Positions 39,001-50,902 of a stretch of 64,000 bases of DNA are shown here, one piece after another. The notes below the pieces were generated by a model. The model was given only the letters and a program-made list of their open reading frames with translations, was not told the origin of the DNA and made no database searches. Numbering within the stretch: position 1 is the stretch's first letter; each line of letters starts with the position of its first letter. A program made the position numbers and the translations under genes. Origin of the DNA: Lingula anatina (Eukaryota > Animalia > Brachiopoda); NCBI GenBank assembly GCA_051362555.1, contig CM120640.1:10106001-10170000 (forward strand). Direction: 5' to 3'.

Positions 39001-42000
39001 TAAATATCTCAGATTAAAAATTAATTTAGCCCTTTATGCACATTTAGTTTTAATTTACCTTTGTTCCTCTGCCTGTCTTGCTTTTTCTGCACTTTCTTTG
39101 GCCTTTCTCTCTGCAATTTGCATGTCTACTTGAGCTTTGTTCATCTTGTACCACCTGCGGATGAGGAAGTCCCCATTATCACTGCTGTCCTTCAAGGCTA
39201 TGACATCATCTGGGAGAATATTCTTGTCAATCATGGCCATCCACTGGTCACGGGAGCGTGGAAAGTTATCTAAAATCCACCCACCATACCTAAAATTAAA
39301 AATACTATTTAGTCTTTTTCTTTCAACTTATGAATTTATAGCAAGACTGCATCAATAGTCTTCATAGTATTAGGCCTATTATACTTAGACTTGTTTGATT
39401 TACTACACATCTGCAAATGTAACATTTTGAAGCATTATTTAAAAAATCAGCAAAAAATGGTGTAACACAGTTTTTAACATTATTTGATAGATATTTTTGT
39501 AAAACAATCTATTACTAGTAACACTCACTGTGGTCCATCACGGTCATTCTTATACATCTCCCTCTCAGTCTCTCTTATTGCCTCATCTATAACTTCCACA
39601 TAGACCTCTGGGTTCAGCACAATAGGTTGGCTCTCTGCTTCCTTCAATGCTGCTTCCACCATTTCTACCACCTCTGGGTGAGTGGCGTCAACCTCTATTG
39701 GAGGGAGAGGGGTCTTGCTGGACTTTGAAGTGACCGAGGGTGTTGGCTCAGTGGGCAACTGTTCTGTTAATCCACCCTCTGTGTTTGTGTCTGAAATATT
39801 GTGAGAGTAGAATGAGTGTCATTCTTATTGCTTACACATGTATAGCTGAGGCAATCAAGGCAGGCTGGCTATGCTGGAATTCAAGAAGGTTCAATTAATT
39901 TTAAAGGTATTGGCTATTGTTTTGTCAGATAATTTATAAGACCACATGTAACTTTTTGCTTTAAACATTTCACAAAATGGGAAAGACTTTTAGAAGGTTG
40001 TTTGTGCAAAGTACACTCAACACTGTGCTATTTACTGGCATTCAAGAAACGCTCATATACACTCACTCTTTGACTTTACTGGCTGTTACTATAGTACACG
40101 TACTCAAACAGTAACACACCAGGTAACATCTACCATATCAGTATAAAAAAATAAGTCAAGGGAAACTATTTTGTATTTTTTTATCACTTCTGTGTCTTAA
40201 AAAACACAAATCTTTTTTTTTCTGTAGAACAGAATCAAATAACAAACATATATATTTTAAAAAGTGCAGAAAACAAAACTGCAAAGTGCCAGTTATTGTC
40301 ACTCGGTCTACCTGTGTCATCAGCCTTATCACCCATATCCCCTTCTGCAAGGTTAAAAAATTCACGCTCAAAAATAAACCATCCCAACAAACTCAATTCA
40401 TAACATTTCACAAAATTGGGCATAAGTGGAATTGAAAAAATACAACATGTATACAAAATAAACAACACACTAATGGAAAAAACCCACTCTACTGCAAATT
40501 TACTTCACAGAATACATTACACATAAAAAAAAAAAAACAAGTAAATTTGTGTAACTGTAATTACCATCTTTCTTTTCCTCTTCATCTTTCTTTTCTTCTT
40601 CCTCTTTCTTTTCTCCCTCTTCTTCTTCCTTTTTCTCTTCACCCTCAGCTTTTTCTCCTTCTTCTCCCTTTTCTTCTTCTCCCTTCTCTCCTTCTCCCTC
40701 AGCAACAGTGTCTTCCCCTTTGTCTGAAGCTGAAATTTATTTGAAACTTGGAATGTAAACTTGCAGTTAATCTTCTCAATATTCACTGTCACACATAATC
40801 ACTGGTGACTAAATAATCAATGCCACTTTTTTTTGGTTTCAGCTGTAACAAATTAATTTGTCAGAAATGCTAGCAACAATTAATCAATTAGACACAAAAA
40901 CTTGATTTTCAAACTGGTGAACAATTTTTTTTTTCAAAAATCAGAAAATTTTCATTCACTCATATAAATGTTTGATAATCATAGAAAACAGTAACATTTC
41001 AGCATTACATACCGCTGAGGATTATTTTCGAATGTTATATTCAAAAGCAAACTTCCAATTACCTGTTTCTTCTTTTTCATCTTTGGATTCTTCTGCTGTT
41101 GTTGTGATAGTAGAGGCTTCCTGTGCATCTTGTAGCTTTTTCCTGACTACAGATATAGCATTCTCTAGGGCCTCTTCTTTGGCCTGGTCTAAAATCTTTT
41201 TCTTTTCCTCGTCTATTTTTGGCTGTATCAGCTCATCTATGTTCAAGACCTGATGTAGGACCACATAGTGCATTAAAAACCTTTTCAAAAATATTTGTTT
41301 ATTTCAAACACAATAGTTAATTTACTGCAGTTATAAAATTTCAACTAAGAAATGGGTTCTCCCAACTGTGTCAAAATTAATTAATACAATTATTTCCCTA
41401 CTTTGGCTTCATTCACATGCAATGTCTATTTTCTAAATTCTATTTTCTATTCGCGGTATGTCTTATGATCACAGTCTGTACCCTTAATATCCCGCGGCGT
41501 AATTACTGGCAGCGCGAGCCAGTTACTATAAGTTACTATTAGTAACTGGCTCGCGCTGCCAGTAATTACGCCGCGGGATATTCAGGGCACAGACCGTGAT
41601 CATAATATAGCGCGAATAGAAAATAGAATTTAGAAAATAGACATTGCATGTGAACGAAGCCTTTATCATGGAAAAATTTCCTCTCATCAAATTTTTAAAA
41701 AAATGAATAAAAAACAAGCAGTTTAGTATTTGCTTTACCTTTGCACCATATTTCTGTGCTAGTAAGTTACACATTGTTGTTTTTCCAGACAGTGGAGGAC
41801 CTGTTACACTGAATTTACAAGGTGGTCTGGGCTGAGGTGGTAGCAGGTAGGGTCGGGGGTTCTTCAGGAATTTCCCCATAGCATCAGAAGATGACATCAG
41901 GTACATCTTGTCAAGAAATCTGCAGAAAAGAAAAAAAGTTGTTGCATATAATTTGGCAACTTAATCATCTAGACTACAAATAAATGCACATTTTGCTATA

Positions 42001-45000
42001 CTTTTCTGTCTGTTGCACTTTATATCTTATCATGTTGACTGAAAGTTTTATTATATTACAGCTTTAAGGCCTCTTCACTTTATATGTTAATCTGATATCT
42101 TCATCAGTTGTTGAACAATTTAAAAATAAATCTACAAGTAGATCTGGTAGTATTAACAAAAAATCTGAAGTTAAAAAATAATGAATAAAATCATGAAACC
42201 TACGATACAGCATATTCTGGTTTCCCTGCAGCAATGTTTCCATCATGGAGGGCCACAGGACAATTTCTCAACCAGCGAGAACGGCGCCAGCGGAACCTTG
42301 GTGCTACCATCTGTTTTGGTGCCAATGTTCTCAACAGTTCATCAGTTTCCATGTCCTCAGGTAGTTCCTCCTCCTCGTTGTCTTGGAGGCGTATAGGCAC
42401 AGCAGCAGGGCGTATGGGGAAACACTGGAGCCTCATCATAAGCTGTTTGAATAACATATTGACTGGGAGGTTGGGGTCTAGTTCTATAACATTTTGTTGG
42501 TCATGATCTGCCATGTAATCCTGGAAGAAATAATTCAATTGAATTGCAATTACACTAATCATTATACTGTATGATAGAAAAGTGCAAAGAAAAAAAATAA
42601 AACAACAACACTGATTCAATGCTGTCAATTTGGAATGCACTGGGGTTAGTGAAATTGCACAAAACCTTTAAGTTATAAAGTTGTAAGTGAAACCATATGT
42701 TAATATTCTAGAACTTATGACATATGACAACAAATAATCTAACTAATGTTTTAACAAACAAATGTAAAAGTGTCTGTTCCTTGAAAGACACAAGGCAGGA
42801 GCCTGAAGATACTCTTTACACATAAATAGCTACTTACCTCTAATATCCTGAGCATGTTACTCTTATATTTCTTTATATTTTCCTGCACGGCAGGAGACAT
42901 GTCTTCAGGTCTCTTGATAAGTCTCTCTATCAACTCTGGTGGCAGCTCCTCTGCATGTTCCTCACCCTGGCAAAAGTTTATTCAGTTAGTTATATTCCAC
43001 ATCAGTATGTCATAGCAATAAGTATCCAAGCCTTAAAAAAAGTTGGTGCATTTCTATGGTAGAATTGCACATACAAATAAGCACCAGAATATCCAAGATT
43101 TTGCTAAGGAGGGGGGCACATTGATACTGCTTGGTAAATGGTAAAAGAACATGCGTTCTTTTTTCTAATATATAGGCCACAGGGATGGTATATTGCTCAG
43201 CTGTGTCTTGTTTGACTCATTATCCTGTTTTCAGAGTAGGTGAAGTGAGTAGCTCTGAAGCTGAGGGAAATGGAGGAAGCATGTGGTTCACTGTGCTCCC
43301 TGGGTCAACAACTGATTTATATTAAGCCCATTTCTAACCAGACTCATGACAAGTTTTATAATTATGAAAATTTAATATGGCCAATATAATATGCAGCTGT
43401 CACATGAATGAGTTGCCTCATAACTGTGTGAGGAAGCATAATTTCACACATTTGATTCAAAATACAGGTATGTCATTAAATAATTCAGGGGGGAAAGCAA
43501 CAACATCAGAAGAAAAGGCACAACATGCAAGAATGCAAATATTTTATGCAACATTTGAACAGATGAGAAATGTACTCTAAAGAAGACATACCAAGCAATG
43601 AGTTATAACAGTGAAATCCAACAAATGATATTGGTTTACAATTGCAAAAGGGGAAAAGTACAAAAGTACACAGGCTGCCAAAACAAACCAACAAAAACCC
43701 CATTTCAAAAACATGCACTGGGTGGACCACCACAGAACTCTGGTTCAAACTGCTCCAGCCTTCTTTTACTTACATACAAATATTCTTCCATAAGCTTTTA
43801 AATGATTTGAGAAATGTTTAACAGGACACAAGTCTACCAGAATTTGGTTTAGCTGTGAAACCATGCATAAGACATTAAAACAAATACATCAATATTGGCA
43901 AAAGGATATAGAAATATTTTTTCTTAACTAGTAAGTTATCTCTAATAATAATATTACTCATACATGTTTCATACTTATTCAGAAATAATGTGTAAGGGAC
44001 CACATTTTAATCTAGATTCAAATAACAGAGCATATATACTTACCCCTTCTGCTGTTTCTTCCTCTTCCTCTTCTGCCTCCTCCTCTTCTTCTTCCTCGCC
44101 TTCTTCTTTCTTTTCCTGCAATTATTTTAATATTAATATTTTAATGTTTTGTAAGTTGACATGATTGTTATTTTAACTTAAAAAACATTCTTAACCATGG
44201 TTGATTCCAGTGGGCATCAATTATTAATTGGCTCATTTAATTCACATATTTTCTCTTTTCAGCAAATATTTAAAATGGCACAATCAAAATGATCTTGCAA
44301 AAGAGACAGCAATTTGAATAAATAAACACAGACTAAGTTGTCACCAAAAATATGTATATTCATATAATAATAATAAAATACCCATGACCATCTTCTATTT
44401 CACAGAATTTTTCATGGGACTTAAATATACAGTTCCTTCTTATTTTTAAAGAGTGAAGCCTTATCAATGAACTGTACCTCTTTTGGTTTGTCAGGGGCAT
44501 ACATTTCCTGCGTGTAGATTTCCCCTGTGACAGGATCTACACGCTGACCCAAACGTCTCCGCTCTAAATCTTTGTCAGGCATTTTTAGGTTGATAATAAA
44601 GTCTGGTTTCATTTTCCAGTTTCTGACCAATTCAAGTTGATCCTTTAAACTCATGTATTCTTCCGAAAGGGATGGAAACCCATCTAAAATATACCCTGAA
44701 ATTTAAAGGAAAACGTGTTGAGCATGATCATATTATACATGAAACATGAGTAATAAAGGTAGAGAAGAATTCAGTTTCAAAAAATAGGTAAGAGACTTCG
44801 TAAAATTTATTAATATTTATTTTGATCTGTATTAAAGAAATCTTAACTTATAAAATGTGCAAAAGCCCACATAAAATATTTTTGTTTGAGTTTAGTTTCA
44901 AATTCATAGCAAAAGCTGTGCTATCTGAAATTTGCACATGGTAAGAACATTTCAATATACTACTAAGTAACCTCCTGTAAGCATGTGAAAATAATTTGAA

Positions 45001-46487
45001 AGAGAAATAAACATGTGTACATGTATCTGATAAATCCTTTTAAGAAGGGAGGGCTCACAATGGGGCATTTCTGTTCTGCACAAAGGAATTTTAATCAATA
45101 ATTAATAACAAACCATGGTGTGCCACTTCCATGGAATTGATTTTTTCTTCAATCATTTTGGCAACAATCTCCTCTGGTATTGCTTCTCCTCTCAGTAAAA
45201 TTTCAGACACTATATTTCCTCTTTCAGTTTGCATTTCTATGGCTTGCATTATGATGTCTGTAGCTGCATGGAATAAAAGAAGAATAACTTTAATATGTAA
45301 AAAGAACTACCAAAACTATAAGCTTTTCATCAAACATTTTTAAAAACATATTGTTTCATGACAATAAGCATGAGAAAATCTATGTATGAACATCTATATA
45401 TAAAAATTTTTAATTTGTGCAAATGGAAAAGATAAAAACTTACCATGTACAAATTCACACTTCCATTCTGCTGCCAATCTTCTCCCTAATGCTGTTTTCC
45501 CTGCCCCTGGTTTTCCAATCAACACAAAACATGTTGGCTTAGAGTGCAGAAAACGTAGTTCAGCCTGAAATAAAATTAGTCATGAGATATACCAATAAAT
45601 GTAGATTGATAGATAAAATGTTCTTATGTAATCTGTCATGTCAACTAAAACTGCATCACTATATGATGATATGTTTAAGAACTATTCTCAACATATCAAC
45701 GCTCAAATTCTTTATGAAAAACATAAGCTACCAGGCCACATATACAGTACTTAGTATGTGCTGCAAAGCACCTCAAATATTTGATTAAATATACTAAAAA
45801 ATTAACACAATAACTCATACCATTATTATTAACTGTGAAGAAAAATTGGTAATATAAAACATAACTGTACATTAAGTATACATACCTCGTCTTCATCAAA
45901 AGGATCTGTGTCCAATTTTTTCAGCCTCTCTTCTAGTTGTTCAGCAAGTGTAATTGATGTTTGACTACGACTTTCTGTGACATTCACTGCTGTTTTTATC
46001 TTTGCTGCTTCATCATGGTGATCTGTTGCTTTGTCCATAATACCTTTCATTAGCTCCTGGGTAAAAAGATCCATCTACAATACAAAAATGTGGAAATGTG
46101 CCCAGTATGCATTTTAGAATGAAACAACACACGATTTGGATATATATTATATAACAATAAATTAAACAAAACATTGTAGAATTCAATGCAATATGCAAAT
46201 TTGATTTCAATTTGGTATCATACTGTTATATTTCGCGTCCCTAAATTGTTTATTGCAATTGTGTTGTTTATAATAATACACTACCGAAAGTTTTTAACAC
46301 GACCATTCATTAAAATTCATGGTTTCCAATCATTATAAACATAAAACACTTGATAAATGTTAGGTTTAAATTATTACTCCACGCATGTAAGAAATGAATC
46401 AATTTAAACTGCGGTTAACACAAGGATTGTATATAATGGTAATAATCATTTGACAGCAACACTTACGTCCTCCATCCCAGCAGCCAT
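24083..46487 (-). CDS. AK9: Adenylate kinase 9 (multi-AK-domain ciliary/flagellar protein), ~35-40 exons
   Basis: Phase-consistent exon chain from ATG 46487 (21-nt exon 46467-46487) to 24083-24294, including 45886-46074, 45444-45564, 41739-41919, 32480-32679 and 27948-28161. Four P-loops (GKPGAGKT, GPPLSGKT, GPKGAGKS, GPPKSGKT), G[YWF][IV][LM][DE][GN]FP motifs, repeated CPV modules, E/K-rich linkers, and the AK9-type C-terminus GYLEQSVATAITKAL..FKPKYPFLS..HLKAYNPKSSEYVRKKYK. Confidence 0.93.
35884..35990. mobile_element. Short MITE with CAGTGGCGGATCCAGG-type termini
   Basis: cactggcagatccagg ... cctggatctgccacta, with a G-rich interior. Confidence 0.65.
37278..37519. mobile_element. Fold-back MITE with ~80-bp imperfect TIRs in AK9 intron
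   Basis: gggcccattcccaatgaaactatcattct..gatcgatccaact... / ...agttggatcgatct..agaatgatggtttcattgggattgagcc. Confidence 0.8.
41405..41661. mobile_element. Fold-back MITE family A, copy 2 (near-complete ~257-bp palindrome, TTT TSD)
   Basis: ggcttcattcacatgcaatgtctattttct...cgcgagccagttacta..tagtaactggctcgcg...aatagacattgcatgtgaacgaagcc, with ttt on both flanks. Confidence 0.9.
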
Positions 46488-48399
46488 CTTTGTTTGGTCT
46501 CTATGGAACACACTCCAAGCAGAGGTCAATATCCACTCACAATTCAAATAAAGGGTAAGAGCCAGGTTTTCAAACGAGGCTGTTTTTGGGAGAGTAATGC
46601 TAAAAATTGACAGTCTGTGCTTTTTAAAAACATGTCAATTTTTCTGTTATGTTTATGAATTAAAAATGCGTATTTTTCGTTATTTTGAGTTTAAGTCATA
46701 GACTATGTCGGTGTAATGAGTGTGTAATGTTGAAAAACGATAAGTGATCGGGAATCTCTAAAACCGGAAACATTTTATGTCAATATCTGCGCATGTGTAA
46801 TAGTTAGGCAATGTAAACAATGCAGACCTTTCTACAAACTACCCACAGAGGCACAGACTATTTAAAACACGTTTATATAATATTATCTGCAGATACAAAA
46901 CACGAAAATGTATTGTTTTTTGATATCAGAGACTATGCCAAGAAAAACAAGTAGTGTACACATATTGGGTGTAAAATACCGTTACTTGCGGGACTGGTAA
47001 TGATTAATAATTTACCAGTTTAGACAGGCAACTCAAAGGTTGAGGTTTTACGCTTATAGTGTAAAACAAAAATACATTGGAAGACAAAAATCACAAAGCT
47101 GAGATTTTTATATAGACAATAGCTAGGCCTACTAGTAGGGCCTATATATATATATATATATATGTATTATCCCCCCCTCCCCCCCCCCCCCCCCCGCCGT
47201 TTAGTGTAAAGGCCCTACACTGTATATATTCAAATTATAAACGTAATTCAAATTGTTCAACTAACAAGCAATAATCCAGAAACTGAGAATCCAGACAAAA
47301 GTTTAATGTGGATCATTTGTTAACGGTTTTGGATAGGGTAAGGTCTTACATGTAGGCCTATGTGCCTTGGCAAGCAAGGGAAAGTGTTGGAATTTCAGGA
47401 AAAAATATTTATGGGCTTTAGTTTATAAATGTAGAGTTCCGGGGAAAAACAGAATTGTTTTTTGAAATAGATATGCTTTTCTAAGTGTTTTTTTTAATTT
47501 AACTCTTCTATGGCAACGCTCATATGAATGGTTTCACTGATCGTAAGCAAGACCCGAGTTATGCATTTGACGCCTGCTTGTAGCCCGTATAGTTATGACT
47601 GTAAACAATAAAGGTTTTCCTCCTGTTAATGCAGGCTAAATATATACATAAACACGCGCCTTTTATTCATATTTCATACTACGCGTGTTCCGTTATATAC
47701 CATTTTCCTCTTATTTTTTTCTGGTAAAATTTTACTGCTAAGAGTGTGTAAAACAAAAGATATAAGCAAATTACGAAAGTACATTTTACATTTAACAGCA
47801 TTAAAGGCAGGCGGAAAGGCAGGAGTGCAGCATATTTTGAAGGATAATGTGGGATTAACAGAACAGGTCAAAAATAAGGACGCATAGTATAAAGGCGTGA
47901 TAAGTTTATCTGTCAAAGAGAGACTGTTTTAGAAAAAAATGGAAGCATAAATGATTAACTGCATACTGGATTAACTGCATAATAGATTAACAGCCAAATA
48001 TATAAATCGAATTTGGTAATGAAAAATAAAGCTACGGTCAGTAATAGATATAGACATACATGTAGACAGATAACATAAAAACCTACGTTACTTCAGGCCG
48101 GTACTAAATAGTTTCGTTCTTGAATATTGGAATTTATTTCTTGATAAACATTTTCATGTATAAGATAGGCCTATATTTCAGAAAAAAGAACAGAACTGAT
48201 TTTATCACGAGCAATATGCCTGTGGCGTGTCTTAAAAGCTTCATAACGCATCATTTCAGTGAACGAACATTTACGAACAATACCAATTATTTACAAAGTT
48301 GTCAAAATGGATTAAATAGCATAGGTTTACAGTTACTGATTCGCTAGTGTTCACGCCGAGTGTCCCCAGTGCTTTAATATGATCAACAAGTGGGTATAA

Positions 48400-49866
48400 T
48401 TAGAATACAGAATAATCTGCCGTTTTATCGCATGGCAACATGTTCTTTCTTTTAAGAACGGTACATGTCACCATGGTTACAATGAACACAATTATTAAGA
48501 TCCCCAGCACTATTGCAGTCGTAGGATTTGCCGTGGTGAAGTGTCCTTCATCGGGTTGCATATACACTAAACGATTGGGGGTACCGTTTCCTTCTTTTTC
48601 CGTGAAATGGATCTCATTATTCAAAGCGTTGCTAAGTAACCAGTTCTTGACCTGCACCGGTAATGTAGAGGAATCGCCGTTGGCAAGGTAACGAGCAATC
48701 ACGCCAGTGACGTGCGGTGCGCTCATGGATGTGCCGTTTTTAATGCCAATCGTGTTGTTTGGTAAAGTTGAAGGAATCTGTAGACCGGGAGCTACAATGT
48801 CGACACATTTTCCATGGTTAGAAAATGTACAAAACTGATCTTTGATGTCACTGCAACCGACTGATATCACTTTACTGTCACCCACTGGTGTGAATGCTCC
48901 ACATGCATCCTCTCCGTCATTCCCTGCAGCAACAACAATGCTTACTCCGCTATCTACAACAGCCTCTACAGCCCTCTTTAAGTTTACGTCCGATCGGTTT
49001 CCTCTACCAAGAGACAAATTGATAACAGATTTTGCTCCGTTTCCTGCATTTTTTCTTCCTTTGTGATGGTTACGTACCCATTCTAGCGCTTCCATGACGT
49101 CATCAATTTCTATCACAGACCGATTTTTGACGTTATTCCATTGAGCTACGTTAACAGATACTATCTTGGTCTTTTTGGCAACACCATATGTCTTGGAGGC
49201 CACGATGCCGGCTACATGGGTACCATGGTCCATCCATTCGTGAGACAAAAGCTGAGACGGAAATGTTACATTTTCATCAACGGCATTGATCCCGAATGAA
49301 GCTCGATCTTCGAACTCATTGTGGTTTACGTCAACGACAGTATCAATAATGTAAATGTAGGTTCCTTCACCGGCTCTTGCTTCGTACCGGTACCTTAACT
49401 CGCTCTCTCTTTTCAACTGTTTAGTTGAGCAAATTCGTGCTAGACCCCATGCCGTGTAGGGAAGTCCACTCTGTTTGTCGACCCTTTCGATCACCAAGTC
49501 GTTAGCGGAGCTTTCTACCGTCAACTCAACGTTTGGCGTGACTGCATCAACGCTGGGATGACGTTTTAGCTCGTCAAATACCCCGTCGTTACCTCTAAAA
49601 GCAAATCCTGTTAGTATTCCGATGAAGTAGGTGTGGGTGATAACAGCACTGGCATCTTTGTTTATGACAACCTGTGACAACTCCTTCACAAGGCCGGCTG
49701 GGTTCGATGTAGGCTTTAACCCTACAATGTACTCATCCTTTACTGTGGTTTGCAGTTCGGCCAGTTTTGATACCGACGACACTGATCCAAATAAAAGTAT
49801 CAGCTGTATTAATGTCACCGTTTCTACAGAGATGAATCTCATATTCCCGTATATATTTCTGTACAT
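48400..49866 (-). CDS. Intronless subtilisin-like serine protease (S8A, proteinase K/PCSK9-like) with signal peptide, I9 prodomain and C-terminal TM helix
   Basis: Single ORF starting at ATG 49866 or 49842. Hydrophobic N-terminus (VTLIQLILLFGSVSS); I9-like EYIVGLK...HTY..ILTGFAF...VDAVTPN; WGLARI. Triad Asp (YIIDT), His (DHGTHVAG), Ser (GTSMSAPHVTG) and oxyanion Asn (AAGN). TM AIVLGILIIVFIVTMVTCTVL then KRK. Confidence 0.93.
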   Translation of the reverse strand: MYRNIYGNMRFISVETVTLIQLILLFGSVSSVSKLAELQTTVKDEYIVGLKPTSNPAGLVKELSQVVINKDASAVITHTYFIGILTGFAFRGNDGVFDELKRHPSVDAVTPNVELTVESSANDLVIERVDKQSGLPYTAWGLARICSTKQLKRESELRYRYEARAGEGTYIYIIDTVVDVNHNEFEDRASFGINAVDENVTFPSQLLSHEWMDHGTHVAGIVASKTYGVAKKTKIVSVNVAQWNNVKNRSVIEIDDVMEALEWVRNHHKGRKNAGNGAKSVINLSLGRGNRSDVNLKRAVEAVVDSGVSIVVAAGNDGEDACGAFTPVGDSKVISVGCSDIKDQFCTFSNHGKCVDIVAPGLQIPSTLPNNTIGIKNGTSMSAPHVTGVIARYLANGDSSTLPVQVKNWLLSNALNNEIHFTEKEGNGTPNRLVYMQPDEGHFTTANPTTAIVLGILIIVFIVTMVTCTVLKRKNMLPCDKTADYSVF

Positions 49867-50902
49867 TTCAGCATACCTGTTGTGCCCAGCATCTTTTAAA
49901 TAATTTAATTGCACACAAAATGCAAAATAAAATCTCCAAAGAGCTAAATCATAGCCAGAAAGTGATCACTATGTCCCTCAATTTCCCGTGACTTTTCAAC
50001 CCACTTGTAAGAAGAGCTACTTTTATACCGCTTGTACATGTACACCGTCCAATATTGGAAGCACAATAAAGGTGTGTGTACATTTGGGAAAGCCACATGC
50101 ACCCATGTCGATTATAATCCATAATGGGCAAGGCTTACTTTGTTTGCATACCCATTCACTTTTACTGGAGGGAACCAGTAAAAATGAAAGGACCATAGTT
50201 GTTGTGGCTCCTGCTGCAGCAGCTCATAACAATACATCAAGATCAAATGGTGAAAAAATACATCATTTACTACAACATATTGGGAACAATACACGCAAGA
50301 GGCTAGTCAGAACATTTCTACGTGCAAGAAACTCCTTCATACAAGTGCACAATCATTTGTGTTAATACATACAGTTACAATCTAAATGATATAAACAAAT
50401 TACAACAAAACGACTAGAGTCAAGGAATAGTGATTTTGTCCCTGTGCTCAATCTCCGTGAAATCACCAGCTGCATGCATACTTCATTTGATCGGATAATA
50501 CAGGAAAGTGATTAACATTCCATTGCACTTTTATGAGCAGCGATTTTTAATACAGAGATGACAAAATATAATCATGGCAATACTGATAAAATTTATTTAT
50601 CATCTTCTACTTAATTGTACCCTCCTCCAAGGATCTCTCAAGTTGTTACAAATTGTTGTTCCATCCAATTTTGTAACAGCTAGAAAAGACTGAGGAGACC
50701 GCTGGTGGAGGGTGACTTAATCGTCTTACGCTACCAGTACACCAAATAAATCTCTATAGCACTAATGTAACAAGTGCTATGAATCCCCATCAGAGCAAAT
50801 ATATCTCATCTAGCCCTCCTAAGTAAAACGAAAGCGAGCTACAGGTACTTATATCACAATGATATTCGAAAATCACATTTACAGATCAAAAGCCATGTGA
50901 GT

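Noticed and set aside
40067-40090. Possible 12-nt AK9 microexon with gtgagt donor
   Set aside because: The only frame-compatible acceptor lacks a pyrimidine tract; support is too weak.
49867-49914. N-terminal extension of the subtilase
   Set aside because: The track start is GTG. ATGs at 49866/49842 precede the signal peptide.
49988-50365. 125-aa plus-strand ORF between SLC17 and the subtilase
   Set aside because: Non-ATG start, no recognisable motif and no supporting exon structure.
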